The position numbers and the translations under genes were made by a program. Shown in pieces: positions 29,564 to 39,180 of a stretch of DNA of 64,000 nt. The stretch's first letter is position 1; every line of letters starts with the position of its first letter. This DNA is from Pedobacter sp. (GTDB taxonomy: Bacteria > Desulfobacterota > Desulfuromonadia > Desulfuromonadales > Syntrophotaleaceae), in contig JBFWJC010000002.1 of the NCBI GenBank assembly GCA_050253415.1, positions 448,625 to 512,624 on the forward strand, written 5' to 3'. The notes under the pieces were generated by a model, which had not been told where the DNA came from, ran no database searches, and saw only the letters and a list, made by a program, of their open reading frames with translations.

Positions 29564-29827
29564 ATGGATGAACAAAGCAAGGATATTTGGTTTCCTGCCA
29601 AAAGGTACGGAGTCGGTTGGGGTTTTCCTATTACTTGGCAAGGTTGGCTTGTTTTTGGAACCTACATGGCTCTTGTAGGTATCGGCACTGTGTTTTTAGT
29701 GATATCCGAGAACCCCGTATGGACTGTTCCTTTCATCCTTTACGTTTTGCTGCTGTCTGGCGTGTTGATTTTTATCTGCTTCAAAAAAGGAGAAAAGATA
29801 AAATTTCGTTGGGGAAAGAAACCTTAA
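29564..29827 (+). CDS. cassette gene, small two-TM membrane protein
   Basis: GGAGGA RBS; WFPAKRYGVGWGFPITWQGW motif. Confidence 0.78.
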   Translation: MDEQSKDIWFPAKRYGVGWGFPITWQGWLVFGTYMALVGIGTVFLVISENPVWTVPFILYVLLLSGVLIFICFKKGEKIKFRWGKKP

Positions 29828-30131
29828 ATAGTGCCTTTTCAAATAACCGGATCTTCCCCCGCTATAACAGACACCTTAATTCAACCCAGAGGGTTTTCCC
29901 CTGGCCAGAGTCAAAGGGCCTTTAAAGGTCCGACTCCAGACTCGCTTGTGTAACTCCAGATTTTCTCCCGTCATAACAGTCCTCAATATTTCGTAAGCTT
30001 CCTGCGTGTGAAAAGATGGCCTTGCCGGCACCGTGCTCGTTATTGCCCATCCCCTCCCGGTCTGGTACTCTGAAGCGCAAAAATTAAAAATAGTCCCAGG
30101 ACGATACGGAACATTCAACAGAGATGGGGAA

Positions 30132-30644
30132 ATGAAAAAAACAAATGTAAGCATTGGCTTGAGCAATCCTAAAAGTCCTTCAAACGTAGGTGCCGTGATG
30201 CGCGCTGCCGGGTGTTATCGGGTGGATTCGGTTTTTTACACGGGGCAACGATATGTGCGATCCGCCCGATTTCATACCGATACGCAGGATGTCAGTCAGA
30301 AGATTCCGCTGTCGGGTGTAGCTTGCCTTTTGGACAGCGTGCCGGACGATATGAAGATCGTGTGTGTCGAGTTGGTGGAGGGTGCCATACCCTTGCCGGA
30401 ATATCAGCACCCGGACAAGGCGTTTTATATTTTCGGCCCGGAAGATGGCACTCTCAGTCAGGGGGTTATCGACAGGGCCGATGCCGTGGTTTATGTACCG
30501 ACTGTCGGGTGCATGAACCTCGCGGCCACGGTGAATGTTTTGCTGTATGACCGCTTGGCGAAGTCTCCAGCAACGCATGCGAGTGACGCGTTGATTCGGG
30601 AAAGTCGCGATACCAATAACAGGGTCAAGGTCGCGCGCTGCTAG
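30132..30644 (+). CDS. SpoU/TrmH family RNA methyltransferase
   Basis: NPKSPSNVGAVMR, IFGPEDG, CMNLAATVN. Confidence 0.88.
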   Translation: MKKTNVSIGLSNPKSPSNVGAVMRAAGCYRVDSVFYTGQRYVRSARFHTDTQDVSQKIPLSGVACLLDSVPDDMKIVCVELVEGAIPLPEYQHPDKAFYIFGPEDGTLSQGVIDRADAVVYVPTVGCMNLAATVNVLLYDRLAKSPATHASDALIRESRDTNNRVKVARC

Positions 30645-30759
30645 GCTGTGCGGCCATGTCAGGCTTGTAAATCAGGCCCATGATGGGGTCGCTGCAGGCT
30701 TTTCTGTCATCCGGTTTTCAATGTTCGTTTTTCCCTGGATTTTGCCGGGAGGTTTTTTC

Positions 30760-31671
30760 ATGTCCACAGGTCACGCCAACCCCCTTAAAGCCATTCTTTT
30801 CGCTTTTGCCGCCAACCTGAGCATCGCTTCGGCCAAGACGGTCGCGGCTGTTTTCTCGGGATCGAGCAGCATGATGGCCGAGGCGATTCATTCCTTTGCC
30901 GACACCGCCAACCAGTTGTTGTTGCTGCTCGGTCTGCGGCGTGCGGCGCGCCCGGCGGATGTCGAACATCCCCTGGGATACGGCAAGGTGACCTATTTCT
31001 GGAGTTTCATGGTCGCCATCCTGCTGTTCAGTGTCGGCGGACTATTTTCGGTGTACGAGGGCTATCACAAGCTGCACTCCCCCGAACCGGTGGAGCATCT
31101 GTGGCTTGCGTTGGGGGTGCTGGCTGTTTCCATCGTGTTGGAGGGGTTTTCCATGGCCGGCTGTCTGCGGGAAATCAACAAGTGCCGTGGTCGTCGCAGC
31201 CTCTGGCGGTGGATCAATGAGTGCCGCAGTTCCGAATTGATCGTGGTCTTCGGTGAAGATTTTGCCGCTTTGATCGGTCTGATTCTGGCGTTTTGTTTTT
31301 TAATCATCGCCGGAGTCACCGGTAATGCGCGGTTTGATGCCGCAGGTTCGATTTGTATTGGAGTTTTATTGATTGTCGTCGCCGTATTTGTGTCCATTCG
31401 GGTCAAATCGCTGCTCATCGGTCGCAGCGCCGATCCCGAACTGGTTGCCGCCATTGAGGAGGCGATTAGCGGGGATGGGGATATCCTTGAGGTGTTTCAT
31501 GTCATTACCCTGCAGATGGGGCCCAAGGTGATGCTGGCGGCCAAGCTCCGGTTGCGCGAGGGAATTTCCTCCGATCAGGCCTGCGAGAGGATCAATGTTC
31601 TGGAGGCACGCATCAGAGAGCGCTTCCCGGAGATCGGGTGGTGTTTTATGGAACCCGATCTTCGGGACTGA
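30760..31671 (+). CDS. cation diffusion facilitator family transporter
   Basis: SSSMMAEAIHSFADT, HPLGYGK, EDFAAL motifs. Confidence 0.9.
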   Translation: MSTGHANPLKAILFAFAANLSIASAKTVAAVFSGSSSMMAEAIHSFADTANQLLLLLGLRRAARPADVEHPLGYGKVTYFWSFMVAILLFSVGGLFSVYEGYHKLHSPEPVEHLWLALGVLAVSIVLEGFSMAGCLREINKCRGRRSLWRWINECRSSELIVVFGEDFAALIGLILAFCFLIIAGVTGNARFDAAGSICIGVLLIVVAVFVSIRVKSLLIGRSADPELVAAIEEAISGDGDILEVFHVITLQMGPKVMLAAKLRLREGISSDQACERINVLEARIRERFPEIGWCFMEPDLRD

Positions 31672-31673
31672 AA

Positions 31674-31819
31674 TTACCAATTCATCAGGTGGATCAGGTT
31701 GGAAAACAGGTCGGTCCAGACAATGTTCTCGGTACCCGGCGCGATCGGTTGCCAGTTCGAATTCCCGGCCATCAGTGGTCCAGGTTCAGGTGCCGGTTGG
31801 AGATGTGAAATACCAACAT
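31674..31819 (-). pseudogene. remnant of a spermidine-synthase-like (fused MFS/methyltransferase family) gene
   Basis: manual translation gives MLVFHISNRHLNL then, in a shifted frame, ...NWQPI...VWTDLFSNLIHLMNW*. Confidence 0.55.
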
Positions 31820-31973
31820 CGACAGACTTTAGGATCGAGTGATTCGGCGCTCAAATAAACGGGAGCCACCCGCTCTGATGAATGGGTGGCTCCTGGAAAA
31901 ATCTCGCAAAACAACTTGCCTCAAAAAAGTACTTTTTCTCCTTCGGGTCGTGTTGTCAGTATGGGACGGGATG

Positions 31974-32222
31974 TTAATGAACCATGCCGGATGCGCCTTT
32001 GTCACGCGTCTCTGCCGCCTCATTCAAGGCTTCGAGTAGTTTATCCAGTTCGATATGGTGGGCATGGGCCGCCGTCCGTAGTTTCATGAAATGGGAAGAA
32101 ACCGCGAATTCCCCCTTGCGTATATCGGGATAGCCGAATTGGCGAAACACTCCGTAGGTCGCAGGAAAATCCTGAATCACGTCCCAGACCTTCATCTCAC
32201 CATTGATTAGCTGTCTTTTCAT
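31974..32222 (-). CDS. DUF1858-like small protein
   Basis: I..EMKV.DVI..FP....VF..FG and H.I.LD.LLEALN pattern; GGAGG RBS. Confidence 0.7.
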   Translation of the reverse strand: MKRQLINGEMKVWDVIQDFPATYGVFRQFGYPDIRKGEFAVSSHFMKLRTAAHAHHIELDKLLEALNEAAETRDKGASGMVH

Positions 32223-32362
32223 AAATGCCTCCCGGAAGTACGAGTGACCTTTCTTTCATATTCCTCCAATCCGGTTTGCGGCGTCAAGTCCCCGGCGTAG
32301 CGGCATTAAGGTGCAGAGGGAGACAAGGGTGGTGCTGGGGGGGGGCTGGTAGATACCAAAAG

Positions 32363-32392
32363 AAAAGGCGGAACCTTGCGGTTCCGCCTTTT
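32363..32392 (-). terminator. intrinsic terminator of glutamate synthase operon
   Basis: AAAAGGCGGAACC-TTGC-GGTTCCGCCTTTT. Confidence 0.8.
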
Positions 32393-32433
32393 GCTATGCA
32401 TGTATGCGTCGCGAGGACGCGGGCAGGAAAAAA

Positions 32434-34749
32434 TCAGAAAATGGTTTTTTCCATCTGCCAGATGCCGCAGGGGCAGATGCCCGAGCACAGGCCGCATCCG
32501 ATACAGTATCTGTCGTCGGAGATGTACTCAAACGAACCGTCCGGATTTTCCTTGCGGGTGATGGCCCCTTCGGGACAGGTTTCCAGGCACATGGTGCAGT
32601 CGCGGCAGGTGCCGCAGCTGATACAGCGGTCCACTTCGCTGCAGACGTTCTCAATCCGGAACCGACCGCGATTCTGCGGCATGAACGATTCTTTGTGAAG
32701 TTTCGACTGCGGAATCATGACCGGCTTGGGCTTGGCAATCAGCTCGCGGCCGGACAGGTAGTCGTCGATGTAATCGGCGACTTCGCGACCGCTACCGATG
32801 GCATGGGTCAGCAGGCCCGGTTTGATGGTATCGCCGAGGGCGAAAACACCGGGAGCTTTTTTGACCTGCCAGCAGTCGTTGGTCTCCATCATGCCACGGT
32901 CGGTGAGCCACTCGCGCGGCACGTACGACAGGTCGGGGCGCTCACCGATGGCGATGATCACGGTGTCGGCCTCGATCAGCTGTCCATCCTTGGTGTGCAG
33001 GCCTTCTTCGGAGATGCGCTCGGTGAAGACCGGCCACTGGATTTTGCCGCCGAGAGCTTCGAACTGGTCGATCTCTTTCTGGTAAGCGGCAGGACGCTGT
33101 ACGTCGATGCTGGTGACCTGTTCGGCACCCATGTGGTAGGCGCCGATGGCGACGTCCATACCGGCGTTACCGGCACCGATGACCACGACCCGGCGGCCGA
33201 CTTTGGGCTGCAGGCCGTTGTTGATGTCCTTGAGGAACTCCAGCCCCTTGACCAGGCGCTCGTGGCCGGGGAAGGGGATGACCACCGGATTGTGCGCGCC
33301 GGTGGCGACAACCACGGCGTCAAATTCACCCTGGATGGATTCGAAGACATCTTTGTCGATTTTGCTGTCGGTGCGGATGTCGACGCCGATGTTCTTGATG
33401 CGATTGATCTCGTCGTTCAGGACTTCGCGCGGCAGACGCTCGGACGGAATGGCCTGGCGCAGCTTGCCGCCGACTTCCTTGTCCGCTTCGTAAAGCGCAA
33501 CGCTGTGACCGCGCAGGGCCAGCTGCCATGCAACGGACAGACCCGCGGGGCCACCGCCGAGAACCGCGACTTTTCTTCCGGTGGAAGGTTGCAGCTCCGG
33601 AGCGGCGACGCTTTGGGACAAACGACCGAGCTCCTGCATGGCGACCGGATGGTCGAGATAGCGACGGCTGCAGGCGTCCATGCACAGATTGGGGCAGACC
33701 TGCCCGCAAACGCTGGCCGGGAACGGCGAATAGGTCAGGACCAGTTCCAGGGCTTCCTTGGTTTTGCCTTCGCGCAGCAGTTTGATGCGGTCCTGGGTCG
33801 GGATGCCGGTGGGACATGCCGACTGACAGGGAGCGCCATAAGCCTTGTTTTTCCAGTGCGGGATTTTCAGGCGCATGTCGCCGGCATTGACCAGGTTGGC
33901 AACCGTGTCGTAATCGTCGCTGACGACGTCGCCGAAGATGCCGCCTTCAACCCATTTGCCCAGGCGGAATTCGCGCAGCGAGGGGCGTTCTGCCGCCTGA
34001 CGCTCTTCGTACGATTTGGCGACGATCTTCTGCCACTGGGAAAGATCCGTCAGCTCTTCCAGCAGGTGCGGCCTGTCGATCTTGTTAAGGAAGACCGGCA
34101 TGTTGCTGGTAAGGAATTCGCTGTCGGCTTCGTCCAGATCCATCAACCATACGTCGTTGGACAGTCCCTTGATGGGGCCGCGGACATAGATGGTGCCGCC
34201 GACCATGCCGGCGCAGGCGCGATCGCCCAGCACCGAATCGAACTCTTCGCTGTCGTAACCGCAGACGACGGCGATGCCGCCGCCCATGAATTCGAACGGG
34301 AAAGAACCGGTGTTCTTCAGTACCCACAGTTCCGGCGCTTCATGGGCCGGGTCGCGTTTCATCAGCGAGCCGGTACGGGTCCCGGCGCGACCGCCGACAT
34401 AGATCTTGCCGCTGGCGGCACAGTGCGCGGTGGTGTCACCGCCGTCGCCTTTAAGGACGACGGTAGCGCCGGCGTTCAACCAGCCGACATCGGCAGGTGC
34501 GGGACCGTTGATGATGATCTCGGTGCCGGCAAGGCCGAAGGCTCCGACACGCTGGCCGGGGTTCTTTACGGTAAATTTCAGCGGTGTGCCGTCCGTGGTC
34601 CAGAGGGGTCCGCCGATGTCGTGATGGCCGGAGGAGAGAACTTCGAATTCGGTCTCTCCGGCCTCCAGGGCGGCGTAGATCTTCTGCAGCAGTTGCTGGG
34701 TGGAGATACGCCGATTATTTTCATCAAAGCCATTGATAAAGGCTGCCAT
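32434..34749 (-). CDS. glutamate synthase subunit: GXGXG domain fused to GltD-like FAD/NAD(P)H oxidoreductase and ferredoxin
   Basis: GXGXG beta-helix repeats (EFMGGG), APCQSACP/CGQVCP Fe-S motifs, GGGPAG, GAGNAG, two C-terminal CxxCxxC motifs. Confidence 0.88.
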   Translation of the reverse strand: MAAFINGFDENNRRISTQQLLQKIYAALEAGETEFEVLSSGHHDIGGPLWTTDGTPLKFTVKNPGQRVGAFGLAGTEIIINGPAPADVGWLNAGATVVLKGDGGDTTAHCAASGKIYVGGRAGTRTGSLMKRDPAHEAPELWVLKNTGSFPFEFMGGGIAVVCGYDSEEFDSVLGDRACAGMVGGTIYVRGPIKGLSNDVWLMDLDEADSEFLTSNMPVFLNKIDRPHLLEELTDLSQWQKIVAKSYEERQAAERPSLREFRLGKWVEGGIFGDVVSDDYDTVANLVNAGDMRLKIPHWKNKAYGAPCQSACPTGIPTQDRIKLLREGKTKEALELVLTYSPFPASVCGQVCPNLCMDACSRRYLDHPVAMQELGRLSQSVAAPELQPSTGRKVAVLGGGPAGLSVAWQLALRGHSVALYEADKEVGGKLRQAIPSERLPREVLNDEINRIKNIGVDIRTDSKIDKDVFESIQGEFDAVVVATGAHNPVVIPFPGHERLVKGLEFLKDINNGLQPKVGRRVVVIGAGNAGMDVAIGAYHMGAEQVTSIDVQRPAAYQKEIDQFEALGGKIQWPVFTERISEEGLHTKDGQLIEADTVIIAIGERPDLSYVPREWLTDRGMMETNDCWQVKKAPGVFALGDTIKPGLLTHAIGSGREVADYIDDYLSGRELIAKPKPVMIPQSKLHKESFMPQNRGRFRIENVCSEVDRCISCGTCRDCTMCLETCPEGAITRKENPDGSFEYISDDRYCIGCGLCSGICPCGIWQMEKTIF

Positions 34750-34763
34750 TACTTGAAACCTCC

Positions 34764-36407
34764 TTAACAGACGTACTGAACCTGCAGACGATCAGCGACA
34801 GCCTTGTCCGAAGAGACCAGGCAGTCGGAGCGACCGACGGGCAGGGAGGAGTTGCCGATGGGGGCCATGAGCTTGCGCAACTCCACATCCATGGCCAGGA
34901 AGTAGTTGACGATGTTTTCCGCCACCCGCTCCGGATCGAGACGCTTGACCAGTACCGGCTGCTGCGTGGTGATGCCTACCGGGCACAGGCCGGTGTTGCA
35001 GGCGTTGCAGCGGCTGTGATCGTTGCCGAGGCAACCGGCCATCTGCAGAATCAGCTTGCCGGTGAATACGCCGTTGGCGCCGAGACACATCATTTTGAAG
35101 GCATCGGCTGCCAGGTTGCCGGTCTTGCCGAGACCGCCGGCAGCCCACAGCGGGATCTGACCCTGGCGACCCTGGGCTACAGCGGCCAGATAACAGTCGC
35201 GCAGTTTGCTGACGATCGGGTGGCCGGTGTGGTCCAGGCTGATGTCATGAGCTGCACCGGTACCGCCGTCGATACCGTCGAGGAAGAAGCCGCCGACGAT
35301 ATTGTAGGGGTCGCGCACCAGGTTGTTGAACACCGAAACCGAGGTGGCGCTGGCGGCAACCTTGATGGCGACCGGCACGCGGAATTTGAACGCGGCATTG
35401 AAAGACAGGAACATCTTCTGCACGCTCTCCTCGATGGAGTACAGGCCCTGATGGTTGGGAGGCGACAGCAGGTCCGCCTTGGGCACACCGCGAATGGCCT
35501 GGATGTGCTCGGCCACTTTGGCCGCCATCAGCAAGCCGCCGTCACCGGGCTTGGCGCCCTGGCCGATTTTGATCAGGATGCCGGCCGGGTCTTCAATCAT
35601 GTGCGGCATGGCCTGGATGATACGGTTCCAGCCGAAATGCCCGGAAGCGATCTGCAGAATCATGTACTTGAGGTAACGACTCTTCAGCAGACGCACCGGC
35701 ATGCCGCCTTCGCCGGAGCACATGCGCACCGGCAGACCGCATTCCTCATTGAGGTAGGCAACCGCCATGGCGACCGCCTCCCACATGCGCCAGGACAGCG
35801 CACCGATGGACATGTCGCCGATGATGACCGGATAGATCCAGCGTACCGGAGGCGTCTGGCCGTTTTGAATCAGCTGGCCGTCGGCACCCTGCGTAAAGGG
35901 CAGCGATCCGGCAGGCAAAATGCGTCCCAGGGGAGCAAGACAGTCGAAAGAGTGCCGCTGGGCGTCAAGGCTCGGGTCGGTCATCTGCGAAATACGGCCG
36001 ATACGCAGGGTATCGAGGGAGCGGGCCTGTACTTCGAGATTGTTGCGGCCGCCACGCTTGGGGCCGGAAGCGGTCGCGGTGGCGTAAACCACGTTGAACC
36101 GCGAGTCGGGATTGCGACTGGAGCTGATGGCGCTGTTGGGGCACACGCGCTCGCAGACACCGCAGCCGCGGCAGAAGTTTTTGATGCTGTTCTGCTGGGC
36201 GATCACCGGTTGAGCGCTGAAGCGGGTCTTGGGCTCAGGGGTCGCGCTTTCGGTAAAGGTGATGCGCCGCCGTTCCATTTTCGGGCCGATGGCGTCGAAA
36301 GTGCAGGCTGCAATACATGAACCGCACAGGGTGCAACGCTCGGGATGATACTGGATCTTCCAGGGGAGATCGTTGCAGGCGATGTCGTTGATTTTTACTG
36401 TTTCCAC
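34764..36407 (-). CDS. glutamate synthase FMN-binding subunit with N-terminal ferredoxin
   Basis: MSIGALS, SGEGG, QIASGHFG, KIGQGAKPGDGG, SPPNH, CNTGLCPVGITTQ. Confidence 0.92.
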   Translation of the reverse strand: METVKINDIACNDLPWKIQYHPERCTLCGSCIAACTFDAIGPKMERRRITFTESATPEPKTRFSAQPVIAQQNSIKNFCRGCGVCERVCPNSAISSSRNPDSRFNVVYATATASGPKRGGRNNLEVQARSLDTLRIGRISQMTDPSLDAQRHSFDCLAPLGRILPAGSLPFTQGADGQLIQNGQTPPVRWIYPVIIGDMSIGALSWRMWEAVAMAVAYLNEECGLPVRMCSGEGGMPVRLLKSRYLKYMILQIASGHFGWNRIIQAMPHMIEDPAGILIKIGQGAKPGDGGLLMAAKVAEHIQAIRGVPKADLLSPPNHQGLYSIEESVQKMFLSFNAAFKFRVPVAIKVAASATSVSVFNNLVRDPYNIVGGFFLDGIDGGTGAAHDISLDHTGHPIVSKLRDCYLAAVAQGRQGQIPLWAAGGLGKTGNLAADAFKMMCLGANGVFTGKLILQMAGCLGNDHSRCNACNTGLCPVGITTQQPVLVKRLDPERVAENIVNYFLAMDVELRKLMAPIGNSSLPVGRSDCLVSSDKAVADRLQVQYVC

Positions 36408-37501
36408 CGCTGTACCTCCAGGTTGTTGTCTATGACCACGATTTCACGCTCGTTGGGATAGATGTCCGTCTCCCAGTTGCGGTCAGGCAGGATCTCGTTG
36501 ATGCCGCAGACTTCCGAGGACAGAACCACGGTGTCTTCGTCTCTGCCAACCACGACCGGCCGCAATTTCTTGGCGTCGCAGCAGGTGAACATGGTGTTGT
36601 TGGGCAATACGCCGATAATCGTATTGGGGCCGTTGATCTCCAGGTGTGCCAGAGACTGGCGCATGGCCAGCAGTTGCTGCTGGTCCTCGCGTTTGACGAC
36701 GTCCTCAAAGGGCAGCGGCGTAATGACGTGCTTGTAGTAGGGCAGCGTCCAACCCAGCTCGTGGTGGATGTGGTGCAGGGTGTAGAGGAAACACTGGGAG
36801 TCGGATTCGAAACCGACGTAGCCACGGTGCAGGCTCTGCTGGAATTCCTTGTTCTTCTGGTAGAAGGTGTTCTCACCGTTGGCCAGTGCCGTATATCCCT
36901 GCAGGAAAAAGGGGTGTGCGGCATAGCGCACGATGGCGTAGTTGGTGTTCTGCCGGCACTGAGCGGTGATGACTTTGGCGGTGAACTTATCGTCCGCTTC
37001 CCAGATATTGAAGAAGGTGCCGATGTCGCGCGGGTCACCGATTTCCTTCAGGGTGACGACGTCCGGCCAGAACGAGTAGGCAAAGCCCTTGCAATCCTCT
37101 TCCATGTCGCGGCGCAGTTCCAGGCGGGTGTCGAGGAGCAGGTCCTCTTTGGCCTTCTGGCTGGCATCTGCGTACGCTTCGGGATAGTCATAGGTCTGGA
37201 AGACATAGTGCGGCATGGCCTGGATATCCAGACCCGGCAGACGGTTGGTCTGCGGTTCCCATTCATGGACCAGGCGAAATCCCCGTGCGTCCATGATGGT
37301 TTTTACGATCTGCAGGCCCTCGTCGGTGCAGGCTAATGACAGGGTGGGCAGATGTTTGTAGTTTTCGAAGATGCCCCCAAGGTCTTGCATGACCATGGCA
37401 AAGCCTGAATTGTCATGTCCCTTTTGTTGGGACTGCATGAGCAACAGGGCCTTGCTGGGGTGCACATAGTGGCGGCTTTTAATAGCTCCAATACGACACA
37501 T
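36395..37501 (-). CDS. glutamate synthase class II glutamine amidotransferase subunit
   Basis: MCRIG N-terminal nucleophile Cys, AHPF, NGE, LRPVVVG, SSEVC. Confidence 0.88.
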   Translation of the reverse strand: MCRIGAIKSRHYVHPSKALLLMQSQQKGHDNSGFAMVMQDLGGIFENYKHLPTLSLACTDEGLQIVKTIMDARGFRLVHEWEPQTNRLPGLDIQAMPHYVFQTYDYPEAYADASQKAKEDLLLDTRLELRRDMEEDCKGFAYSFWPDVVTLKEIGDPRDIGTFFNIWEADDKFTAKVITAQCRQNTNYAIVRYAAHPFFLQGYTALANGENTFYQKNKEFQQSLHRGYVGFESDSQCFLYTLHHIHHELGWTLPYYKHVITPLPFEDVVKREDQQQLLAMRQSLAHLEINGPNTIIGVLPNNTMFTCCDAKKLRPVVVGRDEDTVVLSSEVCGINEILPDRNWETDIYPNEREIVVIDNNLEVQRWKQ

Positions 37502-37569
37502 TCGATATAACCTCCGGATGGTGTGTACACAAAGGACCACGCTTGGGTTCTATGTGGCCTATACTCAAA

Positions 37570-37586
37570 TGCAATGAAAGTGCCAA
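37570..37586 (-). promoter_or_regulatory. sigma54 -24/-12 promoter of glutamate synthase operon
   Basis: minus strand TTGGCACTTTCATTGCA, near-perfect consensus; IHF-like AAACAATGACTTG at 37649-37661. Confidence 0.8.
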
Positions 37587-37758
37587 GGTCTTTTTTTGTC
37601 GCAAAAGGGAGGCGGTGAGGCTTGAAGAATTAGGAAAATAGCCCGCTAAAACAATGACTTGAACTTCTTGTGCGGAGGGGCTTGATGGTGCGGCCCTGGG
37701 TGGTTTGCAGTGGCGGCATGGGGGGACTTGTTACACGGTAAGAGTAGTCTGGTTACTC

Positions 37759-37798
37759 AAAAAATCGCCCGGCGCCTCCGGGAGGAGAGGCGCCGGGC
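37759..37798 (-). terminator. intrinsic terminator after amtB
   Basis: GCCCGGCGCCTC...GAGGCGCCGGGC stem followed by a T run on the minus strand. Confidence 0.7.
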
Positions 37799-37816
37799 CA
37801 TGAACCCGAGGCTGGG

Positions 37817-39088
37817 TTACAAGTCGTAGCCGCTTTCGGAGTGCAGGGTCTGGTCGAGGCCGATGATTTCCTCGTCGCGCGACACACGCAGTCCGATAGT
37901 CTTTTTCAGGATCCAGAGAAGAATCACTGTGACGGTTACCGCATACGCTCCCGCTGCCAGTACGCCGACTATCTGGACCCAGAACTGGTGCACGTCACCG
38001 GTCAGCAGGCTGCCGACGCCGACGGTGGCAAAAATACCGGTCGCAACGGCACCGAAAGCGCCACCGATACCGTGTACGCCGAAGGCGTCCAGGGAGTCGT
38101 CGTAGCCGAGTTTGTGTTTGAGCATGACGCCGCCGTAGCAGACCGCGCCGGCCATCAGACCCATGACCAGGGCCCAGCCGGGAGTAACGAAACCTGCTGC
38201 GGGGGTGATGACGACCAGGCCGGCCACGATCCCCGAGGCCGCGCCCAATGCGCTGGGTTTTCCGGCCAGGCGCCATTCGACCAGCAACCAGGAAAGTGCG
38301 CCTGCCGCGGCAGCCGTCTGGGTGGTGGTGAAAGCCAGGGCGGCGCTACCGCCGGCCGACAGGGCGCTGCCGGCATTAAAGCCGAACCATCCGAACCACA
38401 GCAGTCCCGCTCCGAGCAGAGTCATGGGGAGGTTGTGGGGAGCCATGCGTTCGTGGGGAAAGCCATGCCGCTTGCCCAGGAAGATCGCCAGTAGTAAAGC
38501 TGAAAGACCGGATGAAAGATGGACAACGGTGCCGCCAGCGAAATCAAGGGCGCCCATTTCCAGCAACCAGCCGCCCGACCCCCAGACCCAGTGGGCCAGT
38601 GGGTCGTACACCAGGGTGGACCACAGCAGGATGAAGATGCAATAGCTTGAAAATTTCATGCGGCCGGCCACGGCGCCCGATATGAGCGCAGCGGTAATGA
38701 TGGCAAACATGCCCTGGAACATGGCGAATACGTAGGTGGGGATGGTGCCTTCTACGCTGCCGGGGGTTATGCCGCTGAGAAACATGTTGCCCAGGCCACC
38801 GATGAAAGGGCCTTCTCCGCCGAAGGCCAGGCTGTAGCCGATGACCACCCATTGCACGCCGATGATCGCCATTGCTGCAAAAGTGTGCATGCTGGTGGAC
38901 AGGACGTTTTTAGAGCGGACCATGCCGGCGTAAAATAACGCCAGTCCAGGGAGCATGATCAGGACCAGGGCGGTAGATATAAGCATCCAGGCGGTATCGC
39001 CCGGATTGGCGGCCTCTGCGGCCTGGGCCATGCCAGGCAAGGCCATCAGTGTCAGTGCAGTCGTCAGGGTAAAGGGAATGCGAAACAT
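37817..39088 (-). CDS. amtB: ammonium transporter
   Basis: PGLALFYAG, FQGMFA, DFAGGTVVH, LWFGWFGFN, DDSLDAFGVHG. Confidence 0.96.
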   Translation of the reverse strand: MFRIPFTLTTALTLMALPGMAQAAEAANPGDTAWMLISTALVLIMLPGLALFYAGMVRSKNVLSTSMHTFAAMAIIGVQWVVIGYSLAFGGEGPFIGGLGNMFLSGITPGSVEGTIPTYVFAMFQGMFAIITAALISGAVAGRMKFSSYCIFILLWSTLVYDPLAHWVWGSGGWLLEMGALDFAGGTVVHLSSGLSALLLAIFLGKRHGFPHERMAPHNLPMTLLGAGLLWFGWFGFNAGSALSAGGSAALAFTTTQTAAAAGALSWLLVEWRLAGKPSALGAASGIVAGLVVITPAAGFVTPGWALVMGLMAGAVCYGGVMLKHKLGYDDSLDAFGVHGIGGAFGAVATGIFATVGVGSLLTGDVHQFWVQIVGVLAAGAYAVTVTVILLWILKKTIGLRVSRDEEIIGLDQTLHSESGYDL

Positions 39089-39163
39089 CTGTTTTCCTCC
39101 ATTGCTTCGTTGCAGTTATGTGCTAATCGGGGCGGACGTTGTCCCGGTTACGCTTTTTATTCT

Positions 39164-39180
39164 AGCAAACCTTGCACCAA
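39164..39180 (-). promoter_or_regulatory. sigma54 -24/-12 promoter of amtB
   Basis: minus strand TTGGTGCAAGGTTTGCT (GG-N10-GC); IHF-like site 39198-39210; 17-bp TGCTTAAAAAAAAGGCA at 39243-39259 resembles an NtrC-type enhancer. Confidence 0.7.

Larger units (their letters stand above)
21690..29890 (+). mobile_element. degenerate integron (truncated intI plus attC cassette array), AT-rich island
   Basis: intI C-terminal remnant, five attC sites each following a short + strand ORF, sharp drop in GC relative to flanks; boundaries approximate. Confidence 0.85.

Noticed and set aside
29840..29890. Sixth attC after the 29564..29827 gene (AAATAAC / CTATAAC)
   Set aside because: Only possible left ends; no matching GTTRRRY partner or stem found.
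32404..34767. Long antisense ORFs (also 20106..21533, 35016..36320, 42712..44184, 56339..57526 and others)
   Set aside because: Shadow frames opposite well-supported genes in GC-rich DNA; no recognisable motifs.
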